Assembly (NCBI GenBank): GCA_964518675.1
Contig: CAZFGQ010000009.1
Span: 1,903-65,902 of the forward strand
Reading direction: 5' to 3'
Source of the DNA: an uncultured Spirochaetota bacterium
GTDB taxonomy: Bacteria; Spirochaetota; B62-G9; CAZFGQ01
Length of the DNA stretch: 64,000 bases
Of this stretch, positions 50,795 to 61,223 are shown piece by piece. The first letter of the stretch is position 1. Each line of letters begins with the position of its first letter. The translations under genes were made by a program, and so were the position numbers. The notes beneath the pieces are model-generated. The model did no database searches and had not been told where the DNA came from. It was given only the letters and a program-made list of their open reading frames with translations.

Positions 50795-51018
50795 ATGTTT
50801 GAGGTGATCCTTTGGTTTTAGTATTTGGACGTACTCCCCTCTGCGTAAGAGGGGAGCCCTGTTCCCTTTTTTGTGTGCTACCACAAAAAACTGAAATTTA
50901 GGAAAGGAGGTGATCTCTTTTTATTTATCGTTATAATTAAGATTTCTTTAACTAATTTTTCAAAAATCATGTTTTCTAAAAGGCAAGGAAGCCATTAAAA
51001 AGTTTCAAGGAGGAAGCG

Positions 51019-51879
51019 ATGATTATCAACCACAACATCAGTGCGATCTTTGCTAACAGGATACTGAAGTTTAAGGCATGGGATCTTGATAAGAGTATCG
51101 AAAAGCTGGCCTCTGGGTATAGAATAAATAGGGCAGGTGACGATGCATCCGGACTGGCGGTTAGTGAGAAGATGCGTTCCCAGATACTTGGTATGAGAAG
51201 AGCAGCTAGGAACGCAGAAGATGGTATTTCATTTATTCAAACAACGGAGGGATATCTGCAGGAAATACAGGATATTCTCCAGAGGATAAGGGAACTGGCG
51301 GTGCAGTCCTCGAACGGTGTTTATACAGATGAGGACAGAATGATGATGCAGGTTGAGGTTTCCCAGCTTGTCGATGAAATTGACAGAGTTGCATCTCATG
51401 CTCAATTCAACGGCATGAATATGCTTACGGGGAGATTTGCGAGACCAACCGGAGAGAATACCCCAACGGCCTCAATGTGGTTCCATATAGGTGCAAACAT
51501 GGACCAGAGAGAGCAGGTATTTATCCAGACAATGACGGCGAGAGGACTGGGTGTAAAGCAGGTTACTACCGGATCAATTATATCTCTATCTACCCCGCAG
51601 AAGGCAAATATGGTTATTGGTATTGTTGATGAAGCTTTAAAGCAAGTTTCAAAGCAAAGGGCTGATCTTGGTGCATATCAGGTCAGGCTTGAGTATGCAA
51701 CAAGAGGATTGCTCTCTGGATACGAAAATATGCAGGCAGCTGAATCCCGTATAAGGGATGCTGATATAGCTGAGGAGATGGTGGAGTTTACAAAGAACCA
51801 GATCCTGGTACAGTCAGGAACAGCAATGCTTGCACAGGCGAACCTTAAACCACAGAGCGTGCTTCAGCTTTTTCGGTAA
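51019..51879 (+). CDS. flaB: Flagellin, spirochete FlaB-type core flagellin (paralog 1)
   Basis: [15 protein letters not shown]-terminus, [66 protein letters not shown]. Very close to Treponema/Leptospira FlaB. Confidence 0.95.
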   Translation: MIINHNISAIFANRILKFKAWDLDKSIEKLASGYRINRAGDDASGLAVSEKMRSQILGMRRAARNAEDGISFIQTTEGYLQEIQDILQRIRELAVQSSNGVYTDEDRMMMQVEVSQLVDEIDRVASHAQFNGMNMLTGRFARPTGENTPTASMWFHIGANMDQREQVFIQTMTARGLGVKQVTTGSIISLSTPQKANMVIGIVDEALKQVSKQRADLGAYQVRLEYATRGLLSGYENMQAAESRIRDADIAEEMVEFTKNQILVQSGTAMLAQANLKPQSVLQLFR

Positions 51880-52090
51880 GAGGAGTTTAGAAGGATTACC
51901 TCGTATTTCAAAAGGGTTTTTGGCGCCTGGGGTAGTGTAACTCTATATAGATATAAGTTTTTACCCCGGGCATTGATCTTTGACATGATAAAGGGCATAA
52001 GGAACCACTTCCTCAGGTTTTAAATGGGGTGGGTTCTACCTTCCTGAACTCTTTTTGCAGAAATGTAGGGGTGGGCGTGCTTTTACCCCA

Positions 52091-52164
52091 ACCAGCAACT
52101 GATCTTATGCCCCTTGAAACTTTATAAATGGTTTCAAAAGAGGGGCATACCTTTAGTTGCTGGT
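52091..52164 (+). promoter_or_regulatory. 74-nt near-perfect long hairpin in the flaB1-flaB2 spacer (outer stem ACCAGCAACT/AGTTGCTGGT, inner stems TATGCCCCT/AGGGGCATA and TTGAAAC/GTTTCAA)
   Basis: Nested inverted repeats read directly from the sequence; in the 3' UTR of flaB1 / 5' leader of flaB2. Confidence 0.5.
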
Positions 52165-52337
52165 CTTTGCATGGTAAGCCTGTTTTTTCTACTCGAGGGG
52201 AAAAGCAGGTGAAGGGTATGATAGAAACGCGCGCGACTATCAATGCCCACCCATTAAAGAACTGCAACTTCAAGGAGTATACCTTGTAAAAAAACCTCAT
52301 GCATGGAAGCATGAGAAATATCAAGGAGGGTAGAGCC

Positions 52338-53192
52338 ATGATCATTAACCACAACATCAGCGCCATCTTTGCTAACAGGATCCTGAAGTTCAAAACCCAG
52401 GATCTTGAGAAAAATATCGCAAAGCTGGCTTCTGGTGAGCGTATCACCCGAGCTGGGGATGATGCATCTGGTCTGGCTGTATCTGAGAAGATGCGTTCTC
52501 AGATCAGAGGGCTAAAACAGGCAGCACGCAACATTGAGAATGCCATTTCTTTCATCCAGACTACCGAGGGATACCTCCAGGAAGACCAGAACATTCTGCA
52601 CAGGATCAGGGAGCTGGCCGTTCAGGCTGCGAACGGTATTTACACACCTGAGGACAGGATGCAGATACAGGTGGAGGTTTCCCAGCTGGTGGATGAAATT
52701 AATCGTGTTGCTTCACATGCCCAGTTCAATGGTTACAACATGCTGACCGGTGCATTTGCAAATCCTGCTCATGGTGGTACTCCAACAGCCTCAATGTGGT
52801 TCCATGTTGGTGCTAATATGGATCAGAGGGAGAGAGCATACATTGGAACCATGACTGCAGAGGCACTCGGGCTTCTTGTTGATGGAAAGGCAATAAGCCT
52901 GTCCAGTCCAGGTGGTGCCAATGCAGCAATAGGGATTGTGGATGAGGCGCTCAAGGTTGTCTCGAAACAGAGAGCAGACCTTGGAGCTTACCAGAACCGG
53001 TTTGAGATGGCGGTGAAGGGAGTGTTGATTGGTGCTGAGAATATCCAGGCTGCTGAATCTCTAATTCGAGACACCGATATGGCTGCCGAGATGGTTGAGT
53101 TTGTGAAGAACTCGATCCTCGTGCAGTCTGGTACTGCAATGCTTGCCCAGGCTAACCTGAAGCCTCAGGCAGTACTGCAGCTTCTGGTTTAG
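52338..53192 (+). CDS. flaB: Flagellin, FlaB-type (paralog 2)
   Basis: [18 protein letters not shown]; same conserved blocks as paralog 1 (~75% identical). The track ORF extends upstream to an in-frame ATG at 52299, but the AGGAGGG RBS sits before the MIINHN start. Confidence 0.95.
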   Translation: MIINHNISAIFANRILKFKTQDLEKNIAKLASGERITRAGDDASGLAVSEKMRSQIRGLKQAARNIENAISFIQTTEGYLQEDQNILHRIRELAVQAANGIYTPEDRMQIQVEVSQLVDEINRVASHAQFNGYNMLTGAFANPAHGGTPTASMWFHVGANMDQRERAYIGTMTAEALGLLVDGKAISLSSPGGANAAIGIVDEALKVVSKQRADLGAYQNRFEMAVKGVLIGAENIQAAESLIRDTDMAAEMVEFVKNSILVQSGTAMLAQANLKPQAVLQLLV

Positions 53193-53400
53193 TCCTCGGT
53201 GCCAAAGACCAGCAACTGAGGGGTGGTAGAAGGCCTAATCCAGGCGTCATCCTATAAGGTTATCCAGATTGGCGGTGCGCTTGGTCCCGGGGAACACAAA
53301 TAAATATTTGTGATCGGTATGGCCACCCATCCATTGAACAGTTGCGTTCCCTTGTAAGGGGCTGGGCATCCTGCCACATCTCTCTGGAGGGAGGAGATGG

Positions 53401-54213
53401 ATGATCATTAACCATAACATATCCGCCCTGTTTGTGAATCGCATGCTTTCCCAGAATGAGAGGGAGCTTTTAAAAAGTATTGAAAAGCTCTCCTCGGGTG
53501 TGCGAATAAACAGGGCAGCAGATGACGCTTCTGGATTGGCCGTTTCTGAAACCCTGCGAGCCCAGATAAGAGGGTTGAAGGTAGCTCAGAGAAATGTGAT
53601 GATGGGTATCTCGTTCGTTCAGACTGCCGAAGGTGCTCTGCAAGAGGTAAACGATATACTTCAAAGGTTGAGAGAACTTGCTGTTCAGGCTGCAAATTCT
53701 GTGTATACACCTGAAGATAGAGCCCTTATCCAGGTTGAGGTATCGCAGCTCATTGCCGAGGTGAGTAGAATCACGGGACAGGCGGAGTTTAATAAGTTTA
53801 GACTCTTTTCTGGAGAGCAGAGCACATTCATATTTCAGGTAGGCCCAAATAAGGGTCAGGCTCTTACTCTTCCGATGAAAAGAGTTTCAACTAGTGTCAT
53901 AGGAATATCCGCCCTGAGCGTGAGTTCTCCCCAGCAGGCAAATGTTGCGATATCAAAAATTGATAAGGCGTTGAGTTTTGTCTCGGGCCAGAGGGCTCTC
54001 TTTGGTGCATACCAGAACAGATTTGAACATGCACTCTCTCAACTCGAAATAGCAGAGGAAAACTTTCAGGCAGCTGAATCGAGAATCAGAGATACCGACA
54101 TCGCAGAGGAGATGGTAAATTATCTCCGGCTGAGTTTACTTGAGGAAGCAGGGATAGCAATGTTGACGCAGGCCAATCTGAAGCCAGAAACAGTTTTAAG
54201 AATCTTGGATTAG
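53401..54213 (+). CDS. flaB: Flagellin, divergent FlaB-type (paralog 3, 270 aa)
   Basis: [16 protein letters not shown] and conserved N/C-terminal flagellin blocks. The central region is divergent: TFIFQVGPNKGQ replaces [12 protein letters not shown]. Confidence 0.9.
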   Translation: MIINHNISALFVNRMLSQNERELLKSIEKLSSGVRINRAADDASGLAVSETLRAQIRGLKVAQRNVMMGISFVQTAEGALQEVNDILQRLRELAVQAANSVYTPEDRALIQVEVSQLIAEVSRITGQAEFNKFRLFSGEQSTFIFQVGPNKGQALTLPMKRVSTSVIGISALSVSSPQQANVAISKIDKALSFVSGQRALFGAYQNRFEHALSQLEIAEENFQAAESRIRDTDIAEEMVNYLRLSLLEEAGIAMLTQANLKPETVLRILD

Positions 54214-54230
54214 GCTTAATACCGGTCACA

Positions 54231-54271
54231 CACCTGCAGCCCCTAGGGGCTGCAGGTGAAATATTTATTTC
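54231..54271 (+). terminator. Intrinsic terminator after flaB3: perfect 13-bp palindrome CACCTGCAGCCCC-TA-GGGGCTGCAGGTG followed by AAATATTTATTT
   Basis: Long GC-rich hairpin plus a T-rich tract, directly after the flaB3 stop. Confidence 0.6.
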
Positions 54272-54283
54272 GGGAGTATTACT

Positions 54284-54640
54284 ATGGATCTTGATAGAGT
54301 TAGATTAAGCATAAATGATTACAGATATAGAGCAGGTATTAAGGATAAGATTGTTGATGATTATGAAACAACAGAACAGAAACAGGTAGAAGGCAAGGAA
54401 ATAAAAAGTGAGTATACAGAAAAGATTTTAAAAGATTCAATAAAAAAACTTAGGGATGCTGCAAATATCTTTAGCAGACGTCTATCCTTCAGCATTGATA
54501 AGGAGACAAACAGGGTAATTGTTAAAGTAATAGATACTGAAACCGATAAGGTTATAAAAGAGATTCCTCCGGAGCAGGTAATAGAACTGGCTGCCAAAAT
54601 TCAGAAAATGATAGGTCTTCTGGTGGATGAGGAAAGGTAA
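54284..54640 (+). CDS. flaG: Flagellar protein FlaG
   Basis: C-terminal FlaG motif (LSFSIDKETNRVIVKVIDTETDKVIKEIPPEQV); 118 aa; position between flagellin and fliD. Confidence 0.8.
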   Translation: MDLDRVRLSINDYRYRAGIKDKIVDDYETTEQKQVEGKEIKSEYTEKILKDSIKKLRDAANIFSRRLSFSIDKETNRVIVKVIDTETDKVIKEIPPEQVIELAAKIQKMIGLLVDEER

Positions 54641-54700
54641 GAGGAAATAATTAATTTTATCCCGGAGGAAAAATCCAATATTTGCTCCGGGTAAGGTACC

Positions 54701-56692
54701 ATGCCAATATATAACCTCCCAGGTGTATCCTCAAATATCGATGTAAAAGCAATAGTAGATAAACTGGTAGAGCTTGAGAGTAAAAAAGTTGCCCGTTTTG
54801 AAGAAGAAAAAGAGATATTGGACAAGAAAAAGAGTTCATGGAGTAATCTCAGTAACAAACTTTCCGACCTTCAGGAGGCTTCGAAACAGCTCTACGGTTT
54901 TAGGTCTCCTTTCGAAGAAAAAATAGCCCAATCAAGCGATGAAAGTATTGTTTCTGCCGAAGCTGTAAGGGTGGCCGAGCCTCAGAAGGTTAAAATCAAG
55001 GTACTACAGATAGCTTCCAGTGAGAGAGTACTTTCAAATCCAATAGATTCTAAAAAGATATTTGCTCCTGTGAAACTCAGATTGATGGTGGGAGAAGATG
55101 AAGTTGATGTGAACTTTACCGGTGGAAGAGTGGATGAACTGGCAGAAGCGATTACAGAACAATCAGACGGATTATTAAAAGCAAAAACGATGAAAAATAC
55201 CAGGGATACGTCTCTTCTTATCCTGGAAACGGTAAAAACCGGGAAGGATCAACATATTACACCAAAAGATGATGAAACGATTTCGTTCCTCAGTGAGCTT
55301 GGTCTTTTTGAGAAGGCGAAGGTCTTTCAGGTAGATACATCCATCGAGCAGGAGAAATTAACCTCGTTGATTCAGGGAAAAGTTGGATATGAGGTTATTG
55401 ATGGTACCCTAAGATTATCTCCAGAAAGCAAGGTAGAGATGAGGCTGGATAAGGATGTGCCGGTAAGGGAAGGTATTGTTTTGAGGATAAAGATTGCGGC
55501 CGAATTAAAGGAAAAGGAGAAGGAAGTTCCGAAAGAGGTTAAGTGGCCCGAATTGAAGCCAGCAGGGAAGGTCAAAATAAGAGATATTGAGGTTTATGGT
55601 GAGTCTCCTGTAAGTAAGATAGAGAGAGAAGTACCGAAAGTAGAGAAGCCGCCAGTTGAAGATTTCCATCTAATAGCACTTGCCAATGAGAGGGGAATTC
55701 TTAAGGAGATTGAGATTAAAGATGTGGGGGCAGAGTTTAAGGAATATGTCTTTAATGTTAAGGATATTTTACCCCCAGATGTAAAATTTGACAGAATTAT
55801 ATTCTTGAACAGGAATACTGAAAAAATAATTAAATACAGTGACATTGTCATAGAAGATACCATGGCCAGAGAAGGATTGCAGCCAACTCATCTTGTTCAG
55901 TCTGCTCAGGATGCTGAGTTTCTGGTTGATGGTGTAAAAATTACCCGCCCGAGTAATCAGATAGATGATGTTATAAAAGGGGTCACTTTAAATCTGAAAA
56001 AAGTAAGTGAGAGTGAAGTGGAAGTAAATATTGACAGGGATTATGAGAAAATTACTAACGGGATTATAACTCTGATAGAAAAATACAATGAGGTTATCAA
56101 GTTCATAAATGAAAAGACCAAAATTGTATCCACAGGAGAGTTAGAAGGGGGAATTGAAGCTGGCATACTGGCTGGTGATATTACAATTATGGGTTTGAAG
56201 AATAAATTACAGAATATTATGATGAATCCTTATCCTACCGATGAGGGGAAGAGGCTTTCACTGCTTGCCCAGATAGGTATATCAATGGGGAGTACCGGTT
56301 CGGCGTGGAGTGATATAAAAGGAGGAACACTGCAGATAGATGAGGATAAGTTTATAGAAGCTTTTCGAAATTATCCTGAATCGATCAAGCAACTTTTTGG
56401 AAATGATACAAACAATGATATGATAATCGATGAAGGGGTTGCATATAGGCTCGATAATATACTAAAAGGATATATTGATAAGAGAGAGGGAATCATTACA
56501 TATAGAATCAAAAATTCCGAAAATGAAATCAAAGAACAGGAAAAAAAGATAGAGGACTGGCAGGAACATGTTGAGGAGTACAGGAAGAAGCTTGAAAAGG
56601 ATTTTACGGTTATGCAGGAGGCATTGAGAGAGTTAGAATTAAATCAAAAAAGAATCGAGAATTTTTCGAATCAAATAAAGAGAACCAAATAA
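54701..56692 (+). CDS. fliD: Flagellar filament cap protein FliD
   Basis: FliD_N (MPIYNLPGVSSNIDVKAIVDKLVELE) and FliD_C coiled-coil regions; 663 aa. Confidence 0.9.
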   Translation: MPIYNLPGVSSNIDVKAIVDKLVELESKKVARFEEEKEILDKKKSSWSNLSNKLSDLQEASKQLYGFRSPFEEKIAQSSDESIVSAEAVRVAEPQKVKIKVLQIASSERVLSNPIDSKKIFAPVKLRLMVGEDEVDVNFTGGRVDELAEAITEQSDGLLKAKTMKNTRDTSLLILETVKTGKDQHITPKDDETISFLSELGLFEKAKVFQVDTSIEQEKLTSLIQGKVGYEVIDGTLRLSPESKVEMRLDKDVPVREGIVLRIKIAAELKEKEKEVPKEVKWPELKPAGKVKIRDIEVYGESPVSKIEREVPKVEKPPVEDFHLIALANERGILKEIEIKDVGAEFKEYVFNVKDILPPDVKFDRIIFLNRNTEKIIKYSDIVIEDTMAREGLQPTHLVQSAQDAEFLVDGVKITRPSNQIDDVIKGVTLNLKKVSESEVEVNIDRDYEKITNGIITLIEKYNEVIKFINEKTKIVSTGELEGGIEAGILAGDITIMGLKNKLQNIMMNPYPTDEGKRLSLLAQIGISMGSTGSAWSDIKGGTLQIDEDKFIEAFRNYPESIKQLFGNDTNNDMIIDEGVAYRLDNILKGYIDKREGIITYRIKNSENEIKEQEKKIEDWQEHVEEYRKKLEKDFTVMQEALRELELNQKRIENFSNQIKRTK

Positions 56693-56703
56693 AGGAGTAA
56701 CTG

Positions 56704-57714
56704 ATGGAAATAATTATAAATCAACAGAAGATTGATTACCGGCTTCAGGGAGAAAAAACACTGGGAGATATTATAAACGAACTTGATAGGTGGATAAAGG
56801 ATGGTGATTTTATAATTCAGGAGGTAAAAATAGACAGTACTTCCTTCCGACTTGATGGTACTGAGTCTGAAAAGAGGCTTGAGTTCTTGGAAAAATCGCC
56901 TGATGATGTAGGATCTATTGAAATAATCGTAAAGCCCAGGTTTGAGATGGCACATTCAACCCTTTTGAGTATTTCGGAATATATTAAATCTTTGTTGGCC
57001 TCAAGTGATAGATTTGGAAATATAAATGATTATGATACCCTTCTTGAAGGTATCGAATTGATCTGGGAAGGGATTGATAGATCAGTTAATATTCTGGGTT
57101 TAAAGCCCGAAGCTATATATAACTCTGGGGAAAAATCTTTAAAAGAGATTATGGATTCACTTGAGTCTCTAATTAAGAGTTATAAAAGACGTTTTTTCGA
57201 CAAAGAGGGAATATTAAAATTAAAGGAAATTCTGGAATCTCTGGATGATTTTTTTAGTGATATTATTAAACTTGCGATATTTGAGAATAGAGGTATGTTT
57301 TCTTCGCTTGATCAGGAAGTGATGGAAGATTTATTAAAGTTGGAGTTGAGAAATCTTATAATACTGAATAATAAAACAATAAATTTAGTTGAGGAAATCG
57401 TTGAAAATCTTCAAATAGGGAATGATGGTGCTGGTTTTAATGATATAAGTACACTCATGGAGTATATCAGCTTTACAATTTCAAGGATGGAGAGGGTACT
57501 ATTTTCATTTGGTGATACTGGAAATGAAATACTCTCAGAAGTAAAGAAAAAACAGAGAGAAATTTTTAAAGATATAACGGAGTTACTTAAAAAAATAGAA
57601 TCCTCATTCGACAGAATGGATGTGATAGAAATAACAGAAATAATAGGTACAGAACTGAAAGAAAGTATTATTGAATTACAGAATTTATCAAAAACACTAC
57701 AGAAGCTGGTTTGA
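56704..57714 (+). CDS. Uncharacterised 336-aa all-helical acidic protein at the position normally held by fliS/fliT
   Basis: Overlapping or abutting the fliD stop, in the same operon. No FliS motifs recognisable. Glu/Leu/Ile-rich helical repeats. Confidence 0.6.
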   Translation: MEIIINQQKIDYRLQGEKTLGDIINELDRWIKDGDFIIQEVKIDSTSFRLDGTESEKRLEFLEKSPDDVGSIEIIVKPRFEMAHSTLLSISEYIKSLLASSDRFGNINDYDTLLEGIELIWEGIDRSVNILGLKPEAIYNSGEKSLKEIMDSLESLIKSYKRRFFDKEGILKLKEILESLDDFFSDIIKLAIFENRGMFSSLDQEVMEDLLKLELRNLIILNNKTINLVEEIVENLQIGNDGAGFNDISTLMEYISFTISRMERVLFSFGDTGNEILSEVKKKQREIFKDITELLKKIESSFDRMDVIEITEIIGTELKESIIELQNLSKTLQKLV

Positions 57715-58191
57715 ACTATTAATTTTTCTATTGACAATGTAATTGCTTTGGTTTAACTTGATAGTGATACAGGCATCCCAGAAAAATCTGCTTTAAAAAC
57801 CTCTTAGACAAGTTAGAAGCAGGGATATAGGATAAATTATAAAAAATTAAATGAATGAGAATTATCAGTAGATGAAGTCTGCATACTTTACAAATAATTA
57901 TATTATATGACCCAATAGGCTGGTGATAGAAAATAGCAGGATCCTTCATATTTTATCCTTAAAAGATTAGAAATTATTGATATAGATAATAAAATTAGAT
58001 ACAAAATCCAATTTAGGTGACTCCCACAAAAAAATACCTGTAAGTTTAGCTGGTGTTTTTTCAGGTTCTTTCGAGATAACCTTGGAAATTATAGTATGAT
58101 ATCTAAATGTCAAATATAATGGATTACTTTTGTTATTTAACTTTTAACTTATAACATCAAATAAAAAATTAATAAGGAGAAGGTGTAGGTT

Positions 58192-59979
58192 ATGGAACCC
58201 AGAGATGAGGAAATAAAAGATTTAAACAACGATCCTGCCATTAAAGAAACTCTTATGGATGAAGGAACTGAAAAGCTAAAGAAATCCAGTAGTGGGGTTG
58301 TAAATGATTCAGTTTCCGAGAGTGAGATTGGAGTCTCAGTTGAGGGTAAAATCGAGAGCAGTTCAGAGGCAGATGTATCGGATAATGAAACAGATGAATC
58401 TCGGGTAGTTGAAAGCAATTCTGAATCCGTCAACGAAACTGGAGGTTTGGAACAGTCTTCTTCCTCAGAGGGTTCCGAAATTAAAGAAAGTGAAAATCCC
58501 GATTTAATTGTTGCTTCGGCTGATACTGATACGTCCAATAATAATCCTAATACCACTGTAGTTACCACCGAAACAGGTTCAAAAGAAGCTCCCGAGCAGG
58601 CAGGCTCTACTGAGGTTGAGGTACCATCCTCCACAGCAGTGGTTGAAACGAAGAATGGTAAAGTGGCTGTTGTAAAAAAGGTAAAGAAGAAACAGGAGGA
58701 GAAAAAAACAATCAATTTTGCAAAACTCAATATTAATGAGCTTACAAATATGACCATGACAGAGCTGTCAAACCTTGCCAGGGAGTTCAATATAGAAGGC
58801 ACCAGCAGGATGAGAAAGCAGGATCTTATATTTTCGATTCTCCAGGCTCAAACGGAGAAACATGGCCTTATATTTGCGACGGGAGTTCTTGAAATTCTTC
58901 CTGATGGATATGGTTTTTTGAGGTCTCCCAGTTACAATTATCTCCCCGGACCGGATGATATTTATGTTTCGCCCAGTCAGATAAGATTATTTGGATTGAA
59001 AACAGGGGATACAGTTTCAGGCCAGGTTAGGCCTCCCAAAGAGAATGAGAGATTTTTTGCACTTTTAAGGGTAGAAGCGGTAAACTTTGAGCATCCTGAG
59101 GTGGCCCAGAGGAGGATACATTTTGATAATCTTACACCAATCTATCCCCAGGAAAGAATAAACCTTGAGACAACGTCTGATAATATTTCAATGAGGATTG
59201 TTAATCTATTTACGCCTATTGGAAAAGGGCAGAGAGGACTGATAGTGGCACCTCCACGAACAGGAAAAACCACTTTATTACAGCAGATTGCAAATGCAAT
59301 TACCACAAATCATCCAGAGATCATTTTGATTGTGCTTCTGATAGATGAAAGACCAGAAGAAGTAACAGATATGGAGAGGAGTGTTGATGGAGAGGTAATA
59401 AGTTCTACATTCGATGAACCTGCTACAAGGCACGTACAGGTTGCCGAAATGGTTATTGAAAAGGCCAAGAGGCTTGTAGAGCATAAGAGAGATGTTGTAA
59501 TCCTGCTTGATAGTATCACAAGATTGGCAAGGGCCTATAACCAGGTCGTACCCACATCTGGTAAAATACTTTCAGGTGGTGTTGATTCTAATGCTTTGCA
59601 CAAGCCGAAAAGATTTTTTGGTGCAGCAAGAAATATTGAAGAAGGAGGAAGCCTTACAATAATAGCAACCGCCCTGATTGATACTGGAAGCAGGATGGAT
59701 GAGGTTATCTTTGAAGAGTTCAAGGGTACGGGTAACATGGAGTTACATCTTGATCGAAGACTTGTTGATAGAAGGATATTCCCGGCTATTGATATCTGGA
59801 AATCAGGTACAAGAAAAGAGGAATTGCTTCTGACTGAAGAGGAACAGCAGAAATTATGGGTTCTTAGAAAGGTGCTTCAACCAATGGATGAAATTGAGGT
59901 TATGGAACTTCTTATTGAAAAGATGAAAGCAACCAAGAATAATGCTGCCTTCCTCCGTTCAATGAATAATGCAGTCTAA
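58192..59979 (+). CDS. rho: Transcription termination factor Rho with a ~170-aa acidic/Ser-rich N-terminal extension
   Basis: Rho_N domain, CSD-like RNA-binding domain, Walker A (APPRTGKTT), Q and R loops. The N-terminal 170 aa are low-complexity E/S/D-rich. Confidence 0.95.
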   Translation: MEPRDEEIKDLNNDPAIKETLMDEGTEKLKKSSSGVVNDSVSESEIGVSVEGKIESSSEADVSDNETDESRVVESNSESVNETGGLEQSSSSEGSEIKESENPDLIVASADTDTSNNNPNTTVVTTETGSKEAPEQAGSTEVEVPSSTAVVETKNGKVAVVKKVKKKQEEKKTINFAKLNINELTNMTMTELSNLAREFNIEGTSRMRKQDLIFSILQAQTEKHGLIFATGVLEILPDGYGFLRSPSYNYLPGPDDIYVSPSQIRLFGLKTGDTVSGQVRPPKENERFFALLRVEAVNFEHPEVAQRRIHFDNLTPIYPQERINLETTSDNISMRIVNLFTPIGKGQRGLIVAPPRTGKTTLLQQIANAITTNHPEIILIVLLIDERPEEVTDMERSVDGEVISSTFDEPATRHVQVAEMVIEKAKRLVEHKRDVVILLDSITRLARAYNQVVPTSGKILSGGVDSNALHKPKRFFGAARNIEEGGSLTIIATALIDTGSRMDEVIFEEFKGTGNMELHLDRRLVDRRIFPAIDIWKSGTRKEELLLTEEEQQKLWVLRKVLQPMDEIEVMELLIEKMKATKNNAAFLRSMNNAV

Positions 59980-60080
59980 TTATAATGGTTGCTGAATATC
60001 AAATAATTTATTATATTCTTCCTGGATAGAAACAACTGGGTAGTTTAATAATATCTAACGATTAGTATTGGAGACATAAT

Positions 60081-60293
60081 ATGAAAAAAGGAATACATCC
60101 GGAATATAAACCAGTAACGATAGTGTGTGCATGTGGAAATAAAATAGAAACCAGGTCCACTGTTGATATAAAACATGTGGAAATATGTTCCGCATGCCAT
60201 CCGTTTTTCTCTGGTAAACAGAAACTGGTTGATACCGCAGGACGAATAGAGAGGTTCAGGAAAAAATACAATATTAAAGAGGTCGAACAGTAA
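60081..60293 (+). CDS. rpmE: 50S ribosomal protein L31
   Basis: MKKGIHPEY...CxC...CSACHPF zinc-ribbon form; 70 aa. Confidence 0.95.
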   Translation: MKKGIHPEYKPVTIVCACGNKIETRSTVDIKHVEICSACHPFFSGKQKLVDTAGRIERFRKKYNIKEVEQ

Positions 60294-60296
60294 AAG

Positions 60297-61223
60297 GTGC
60301 ATATTGGTGGGCAGGCTGTAATTGAAGGTGTAATGATTAGGAATCAGGATATTTATTCTATTGCGGTGAGAAAACCGGATGGAGGGATACAGGTAGTAAG
60401 AAATGAAATAAATAGCCCTTCCAAAAAGTTCAAGTTTCTAAAATGGCCTTTTATTAGAGGAATTACCGCGCTGATAGAGAATCTGGTATTGGGAATAAAA
60501 TCGCTTCTTTATTCTGCAGAAGTTGCTATTCCCGAGGAAGAGAAAAAAGAGAAAAAGAATAAGAAGAGCGGCAAAAAAGATTCGGGAATTCTGTTAACCC
60601 TTGGTCTAATTCCCGCCATATTGTTGGGAATTGTATTGTTTATTGTGTTGCCAAATCTTGCCACCCATTATCTTGGAATAGTGGAGAAAGATTCGCCTTT
60701 TATATTTAATCTAATAGCTGGTGGAATAAGGCTTGTTTTATTTATTACCTATCTTATGGTTATTTCTCTCTTGAAAGATATAAGGCGTACATTTCAGTAC
60801 CATGGTGCAGAGCATAAAACCATATTTTGTTATGAGGCTGGTAAACCTCTTACCACCGAGGAAGTGAATAAGTTCAAAACCCTCCATCCGAGATGCGGCA
60901 CATCTTTTCTATTTTTTGTTTTTTTTATTGCGATCATAGTATTTCCAATTATAACAGTATTGCTAGAACTTGTATTTCCGGGTTTTGTAGATCTTCCTCT
61001 ATATTTGAGGAAGGTTATAATTATGCTACTGCATATTCTTGTTGCCCTTCCTGTAATAGCATCTGTTTCCTATGAATTGATCAGGTTGTCTGATAAACTT
61101 GATAATAGTCTGGTTATAAAGATATTAACCGCACCGGGTCTTTTCCTTCAGAGAATCACAACTAAAGAGCCCGATATGGCACAGCTCGAAGTTGCTATAG
61201 AAGCTGTGAAAGCTGTGTTATAA
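60297..61223 (+). CDS. DUF1385-domain membrane protein (YqhQ-like; conserved rpmE neighbour)
   Basis: GGQAVIEGVMIR N-terminus, YHGAEHK motif, C-terminal TM helices. GTG start abutting the rpmE stop. Confidence 0.8.
   Translation: MHIGGQAVIEGVMIRNQDIYSIAVRKPDGGIQVVRNEINSPSKKFKFLKWPFIRGITALIENLVLGIKSLLYSAEVAIPEEEKKEKKNKKSGKKDSGILLTLGLIPAILLGIVLFIVLPNLATHYLGIVEKDSPFIFNLIAGGIRLVLFITYLMVISLLKDIRRTFQYHGAEHKTIFCYEAGKPLTTEEVNKFKTLHPRCGTSFLFFVFFIAIIVFPIITVLLELVFPGFVDLPLYLRKVIIMLLHILVALPVIASVSYELIRLSDKLDNSLVIKILTAPGLFLQRITTKEPDMAQLEVAIEAVKAVL

Noticed and set aside
52150-52180. Sigma-54 (-24/-12) promoter upstream of flaB2 (TGCTGGTCTTTGCATGG)
   Set aside because: GG-to-GC spacing is 5 nt rather than the required 10, and no enhancer-binding-protein gene is nearby
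52013-52447. 144-aa minus-strand ORF in the flaB1-flaB2 spacer
   Set aside because: Overlaps the start of flaB2 antisense, has no RBS, and the region is better explained by structured RNA hairpins
58149-58802. 217-aa ORF on the minus strand
   Set aside because: Antisense to the low-complexity acidic N-terminal region of rho. Ser/Thr/Leu-rich translation, no RBS; a mirror artefact.
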